DNA of 64,000 nucleotides from Candidatus Marinacidobacterium sp. (GTDB lineage Bacteria; Acidobacteriota; Vicinamibacteria; Marinacidobacterales; Marinacidobacteraceae): NCBI GenBank assembly GCA_965204755.1, contig OZ242011.1, positions 3,872,001 to 3,936,000 of the forward strand, read 5' to 3'. Shown piece by piece: positions 59,683 to 64,000 of this stretch (position 1 is its first letter; each line of letters starts with the position of its first letter). The notes under the pieces were generated by a model. It saw only the letters and a program-made list of their open reading frames with translations, ran no database searches and was not told where the DNA came from. The position numbers and the translations under genes were made by a program.

Positions 59683-61251
59683 GTGCAGATCCTCCGCAGT
59701 TACCTCGCCGGGGAATGGCGGGCCGCCGGCGGGCCGGAGCGGCTCCTCACCGACCCGGTCACCGGCGAACCCGCGGCCCGAATGGGCGGGGATGCCGGCG
59801 GGGGCCCCGACCTCGGAGCCGCCCTCGCCTGGGGCCGGGAGCGCGGCGGCGCGGCGCTCCGCGCGCTGGACTTCCGGGCCCGGGGCGAACTCGTTTCCCG
59901 ACTGGCCGGCGCACTGAAGGAGCACCGACCGGAGTTCCGGCGCCTCGCCCGCGCCTACGGGGCGACCGACGCCGACGCCCGCCACGATGTGGACGGGGGC
60001 GTCTCCACCCTCGCCTACTACGGCCGCCTGGGGACTTCCTCCCTGCCCCCGGCGTCGTTCCTGCCCGACGGCGAGGAGGAACCCCTTTCGCGCGGCGGCG
60101 GGTTCGCCGGGAGGCATCTGCTCGCGCCCCGCCACGGGATCGCCGTCCAGATCAACGCCTACAACTTCCCCGGCTGGGGGCCGCTCGAGAAACTGGGGCC
60201 CGCGCTCCTCGCCGGCGTTCCGACCCTGGTCAAGCCCGCCACCCGGACGGCGGCCCTCACCTGCCGGATCGTCGAACGGCTGCTCGAGTCGGGCGGGTTG
60301 CCCGAGGGGTGTCTCCAGTTGCTGGTCGGGAGCGCCGGCGACCTGCTCGACCACCTCGACGGGCAGGACTTGGTGCTCTTCACCGGCTCCGCCGAAACCG
60401 GGAACATGGTCCGCTCGCACCCGCGGGTGGTGGAGCGGTCGGTCCGGGTGAACATCGAAGCCGACTCGCTGAACGCCGCGGTTCTCGGCCCGGACGGCGC
60501 ACCGGGAACGCCGGCGCGGGAGGCCCTGGTCGCCGAGACGCGCCGCGAAGTCGCCGTGAAGGCCGGGCAGAAGTGCACGGCGATCCGCCGCGTCCTCGCT
60601 CCCGCCGCGGAGGCGGACCGCCTCGCCGAGGAGATCGGCGCCGCCCTCCGCGGAATCCGGGTGGGCGATCCCCGCGACCCGGACACCGAGATGGGGCCGC
60701 TCGTGGACGAGGAGGCTGCCGCCGCGGCGTGGGAGGGCCTGCGCCGACTGGCGGGCGAGACGGAGGTGGTCGCGGAGGGCGCCTTGCCGCAGGACGCCTC
60801 CGGGGCTTTCTTCCCCCCGGTGGCGCTCCGCCTCCGCCCGGACGCCCGGCCGGACGCGGTCCATCGGGTCGAGATCTTCGGGCCGGTGGTCACCGTGCTC
60901 CCCTACCGGGACGAGGAGGACGCGGCGGCGGCCTGCCGGGCCGGCGGCGGCAGTCTGGTCACTTCGGTGTTCAGCGGGGACGCGGCCTTCCTCGGACGGT
61001 TCACCCGGGCGGTGGCGCCCTGGAACGGCCGGGTGATGACGATGTCGGGCCGCGCGCTCGGGGAGACCACCGGGCACGGGATCGCCGTGCCGCAGTTGGC
61101 GCACGGCGGCCCCGGCCGGGCCGGCGGCGGCGAGGAGTTGGGCGGTCTCCGGGCGCTCCGCCCGTTCCTCCAACGCTGCGCCGTCCAGGGCGACCCCGCC
61201 TTCCTCGCCGAGTGTTTCGCCGAAGGGGGCGCGGCGGCCTCCGACGGATGA
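59683..61251 (+). CDS. Aldehyde dehydrogenase of the PaaZ-N / 3,4-dehydroadipyl-CoA semialdehyde dehydrogenase type
   Basis: INAYNFP, KPA, FTGS, EADSLN, GQKCTAIRR, EIFGP, HGGPGRAGGGEELGG; ends without a MaoC domain. Confidence 0.88.
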   Translation: MQILRSYLAGEWRAAGGPERLLTDPVTGEPAARMGGDAGGGPDLGAALAWGRERGGAALRALDFRARGELVSRLAGALKEHRPEFRRLARAYGATDADARHDVDGGVSTLAYYGRLGTSSLPPASFLPDGEEEPLSRGGGFAGRHLLAPRHGIAVQINAYNFPGWGPLEKLGPALLAGVPTLVKPATRTAALTCRIVERLLESGGLPEGCLQLLVGSAGDLLDHLDGQDLVLFTGSAETGNMVRSHPRVVERSVRVNIEADSLNAAVLGPDGAPGTPAREALVAETRREVAVKAGQKCTAIRRVLAPAAEADRLAEEIGAALRGIRVGDPRDPDTEMGPLVDEEAAAAAWEGLRRLAGETEVVAEGALPQDASGAFFPPVALRLRPDARPDAVHRVEIFGPVVTVLPYRDEEDAAAACRAGGGSLVTSVFSGDAAFLGRFTRAVAPWNGRVMTMSGRALGETTGHGIAVPQLAHGGPGRAGGGEELGGLRALRPFLQRCAVQGDPAFLAECFAEGGAAASDG

Positions 61252-62156
61252 GGCATTCCGAGCACATCCCCTTCGGCGGCCTGTTCGCCCCGCCCGGCGC
61301 GGAAGGGGCCGCCCGGGTCTCCCTCCTCGGCGTCAAGGACGCCACCCAGTCGAGTTGCGAGGACCGCTGCGCCTCCGCCCCGCCGCTCATCCGCGCCGCC
61401 TACGACGGCTCCTGTTTCAACCCCTCGGCCGAGTCGGGGGTGGACTGCGCCGGCCGGGTCCTCGACCGGGGGGACCTCGAACCCTCCGGAGAGGGGTTCC
61501 CGGCGGACGCGGCGCGGTACCGGGACGCGGTGCGGGAGGAACTCGCGCAGGGCCGGACGCCCTTCATCCTCGGCGGCGACCACGCGATCACGCCGGCCCT
61601 GGTGGCCGCCTACGAGGACCGCGACTTCCCGGGGGGCGGGCTGCATGTCGCGCAGTGGGACGCCCACCCGGACATGCACCCCGACTTCGACGGCAATCCC
61701 CACTCCCACGCCTGCGTGGCCGCCCGGCTGCTCGAACTTCCCCACCTCGCGAGCCTCACCCAGATCGGCATCCGGACGGAGACGGCGCTCCAGCGGAGCG
61801 TGCGCGACGCCGCCCCGATCCCGATCTCCACGATCACCGCGCGGGAGGCGGAGCGCCGCTCCGGCGCCCTCCTCTCCGGGATTCCCCGAGGCGCGGCGCT
61901 CTACCTGACCGTGGACCTCGACGGCTTCGACCCGGCATTCGCCCCGGGCGTGGCCCACCCCGTCCCCGGAGGGCTGAGCGCCCGCGCCGGGCTCGACCTG
62001 GTCCACGAGATCGGGGAGCGCGGACTGCGCCTGGTGGGCATGGATGTGGTGGAAGCCTGCCCCCGCCCCGGCGACGACCGCACCCTCGTCCTCGCCGCCC
62101 GGCTGGTCCACGAAGCGATGGCCTTGGTGCTGTCCGTCGAGGGCGGCCGGACCTGA
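61248..62156 (+). CDS. Agmatinase/arginase-family ureohydrolase
   Basis: GGDHAIT, DAHPD, SHAC, QIGIR, DLDGFDP..APGV, DVVE. Confidence 0.9.
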   Translation: MRHSEHIPFGGLFAPPGAEGAARVSLLGVKDATQSSCEDRCASAPPLIRAAYDGSCFNPSAESGVDCAGRVLDRGDLEPSGEGFPADAARYRDAVREELAQGRTPFILGGDHAITPALVAAYEDRDFPGGGLHVAQWDAHPDMHPDFDGNPHSHACVAARLLELPHLASLTQIGIRTETALQRSVRDAAPIPISTITAREAERRSGALLSGIPRGAALYLTVDLDGFDPAFAPGVAHPVPGGLSARAGLDLVHEIGERGLRLVGMDVVEACPRPGDDRTLVLAARLVHEAMALVLSVEGGRT

Positions 62157-62423
62157 CCGACCTGACCTGAACTTCCCGGCCTGACCGACCCGGCCTGACC
62201 CCGGGCCGTCGCCGACGGTCGGCCGCACCATCACGCCCGGCCCCCGGGGCGCGCCGGCGGCGTGCGCCGGTTACGGGTACCCGACCGAGTTTTCCGAAAC
62301 GGAGGTACCGGGCGGGCAGATCTTCCGCCGCTTCCCGTCCTTCGGAAGCGTGGAACGGCCCGCCCCCCGCGCCGCCCGACTCCGCGGCCTCGCCGATCGG
62401 GAAGCCCCCCGGCGAACGCCCCC

Positions 62424-62806
62424 GTGAGCGCGGCGGCCGGCGCCGGGCCGATTCCCGGCCTCCTCGACCTCCTCCGGCGGGAGCGGCGGATCCCCGCCGA
62501 AGCCGAGTCCGCCCTCGATCGCATCGGGGCGCTGCCCCCCGAAGCCCACCAGCAGGCGCTCCTCGCCGAGGGGATCGTCTCCGAGGAGGACATCGCGCAG
62601 ACCGTGGCCCGGGACACCGGCCTCCCGTTCCGGGCGATCGACCCGGTGGAGTTGAACGCCGAAGTGGTCACCGGCGCGCTGCCGGCGCCCTTCGCCCGCC
62701 GCCACACCATCTGCGCGCTCTCCAAGCAGGGCGGGGCGCTCACCGTCGCCGTCGCGAACCCTTACGAGCGCAGCGCCATAGACGACCTCGAGCGGTACCT
62801 GGGCAT
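62424..62806 (+). pseudogene. N-terminal part of a PilB/GspE-type ATPase, interrupted by an IS
   Basis: LLAEGIVSEEDIAQ...GLPF..ID...P..FARRH.I.......LTVAVANP...AIDDL (T2SSE N-terminal pattern); homology ends at the IS terminus; start uncertain. Confidence 0.75.
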
Positions 62807-64000
62807 CTTGACTTCGACGGTTTGGCTTTGTAAGTGGTTGACAGTTGGGGATTTGGTTTCGTAGGCACACTACAACCGGGGGGAGTCCGGCGGTGGGGTG
62901 TCGGAGGTCAGGCGACTTCGCGGAGTCGCCTCGGGGGTGGAACCGGCGTGGCCCGCCGGGGCAGTCGCAGGCCCACCAGCCGGTAGATCCGCTCCGCCTC
63001 CGGGGTGGCCTTCGAGGGCAGGAAGAACCACTCGTTCGTGCCCCGGTCGCAGCCGTGGGAGACCTCCACCCGGAGCAGTTCCCGCAGTAGCCGCTCCTCG
63101 CTCAGCGGCGCCTCCGGGTAGGCCCGGGCGTAACGCCAGCGCAGCAACCGGAGCAGCGCGAAGGCGGCGTAGCAGATCGCCAGGTGCGCCCGCACCCGCC
63201 GCTCCGTCCAGTGGAACACCGGGCGCACTTCCAGCGTGCCCTTCAGCACCCGGAACCCCTGCTCGATCCGCCACAACCCCCCGTAGTGCGCCCGGATCTC
63301 CGCCGGCGGGTCCGCCAGGCTGGTGAACACCCCGTGGAGCCCGTCGAACCGCGCGTCCCGTTCCACCAGATCCGGGTCGAACCGCACCGCGTCCCGCCGC
63401 ACCCGCAGGTAGCGCGCGGCCCGCCCCTTCCCCTTCACCCCCGACGCCTCCCGCTTCTTCGCCTGCTTCACCGCCTTCGCCCGGAGCCCCGCGTCCCGCT
63501 CCGCCTTCTTCGGGCAGTAACGCACCACCAGCCGAAGCCCCCGCAGCGCCCCCTCCTCCGCCCGGTGCTCCCGCAGCCGCTGCCCCGCCTCCCCCGAAGC
63601 CGCCCAAGACTCCGGCTCCGCCAGCGCCGCCAGGTCCTTCCCCCGCAACTGGCGGAGCTTCGCCGCCACCACCCACTCGAAACCGGCCGCCGTCAACGCC
63701 TCCAGGTTCTTCGTCCCCAGCATCGCCGCGTCCGCCACCACCACCACCCGGCCGATCCGGTACCGCTCCCGCAACTCCCCCACCAACGGAAGCAGCGTCT
63801 TCACCTCCGCCGTGTTCCCCGGGAACACCCGATACCCCAGCGGCAAACCCTCCCGCGTCTGCAACAGCGCCAGCACCACCTGCACCCGGTGCGGCTTCTG
63901 GTCCTTGCTGTACCCCTTCGCCCGCAACCCGTCCTCCTGCTCCGAGGCGAACGAAAGGGTGGTCACATCCATGAACACCACCTCCACCTCGCCCCCCAGC
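62807..64000 (-). mobile_element. IS1634-family insertion sequence (continues past the window edge)
   Basis: Abrupt compositional change at CTTGACTT 62807, AT-rich terminal segment, transposase ORF. Confidence 0.8.
62908..63987 (-). CDS. IS1634-family DDE transposase (5' part outside the window)
   Basis: DVTTLSF, GYSKD, QVVLAL, FPGN, VADAAM, Y..LWRIE..FR..K..L..RP.FHW...R..AH..IC. Confidence 0.88.
   Translation of the reverse strand: MEVVFMDVTTLSFASEQEDGLRAKGYSKDQKPHRVQVVLALLQTREGLPLGYRVFPGNTAEVKTLLPLVGELRERYRIGRVVVVADAAMLGTKNLEALTAAGFEWVVAAKLRQLRGKDLAALAEPESWAASGEAGQRLREHRAEEGALRGLRLVVRYCPKKAERDAGLRAKAVKQAKKREASGVKGKGRAARYLRVRRDAVRFDPDLVERDARFDGLHGVFTSLADPPAEIRAHYGGLWRIEQGFRVLKGTLEVRPVFHWTERRVRAHLAICYAAFALLRLLRWRYARAYPEAPLSEERLLRELLRVEVSHGCDRGTNEWFFLPSKATPEAERIYRLVGLRLPRRATPVPPPRRLREVA

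Overview
High-GC bacterial chromosomal segment; gene content and order suggest Acidobacteriota (inference). Most genes are on the minus strand. It carries housekeeping genes (ctpA, tatC/tatA-B, ubiE/menG, pyrG, kdsC, coaE, folD, thiE, accBC, leuCD, tag, ilvE, addAB-like) and a nearly complete type IVa pilus set in three blocks: pilV-X-Y1-W; pilT-pilC-pilA-ABC/pilGHI-like-pilD; and pilMNOPQ. Also present are peptidoglycan-recycling hydrolases (NamZ, GH3/beta-lactamase fusion), four 221-bp MITE copies, and an IS1634-type element that interrupts a PilB/GspE-like gene at the right edge. Most notable observations: (1) a stand-alone PBECR2/MuF-toxin-like nuclease gene followed immediately by a ~142-nt structured RNA, with a second diverged RNA copy behind a paralogous gene remnant, a candidate nuclease-plus-RNA system; (2) an 82-bp four-box motif with identical spacing upstream of all three pil operons; (3) near-absence of ACGT and AGCT outside foreign elements; (4) an AddA whose nuclease domain appears split off and degenerate. 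All family calls come from motif recognition by eye; no searches were run.
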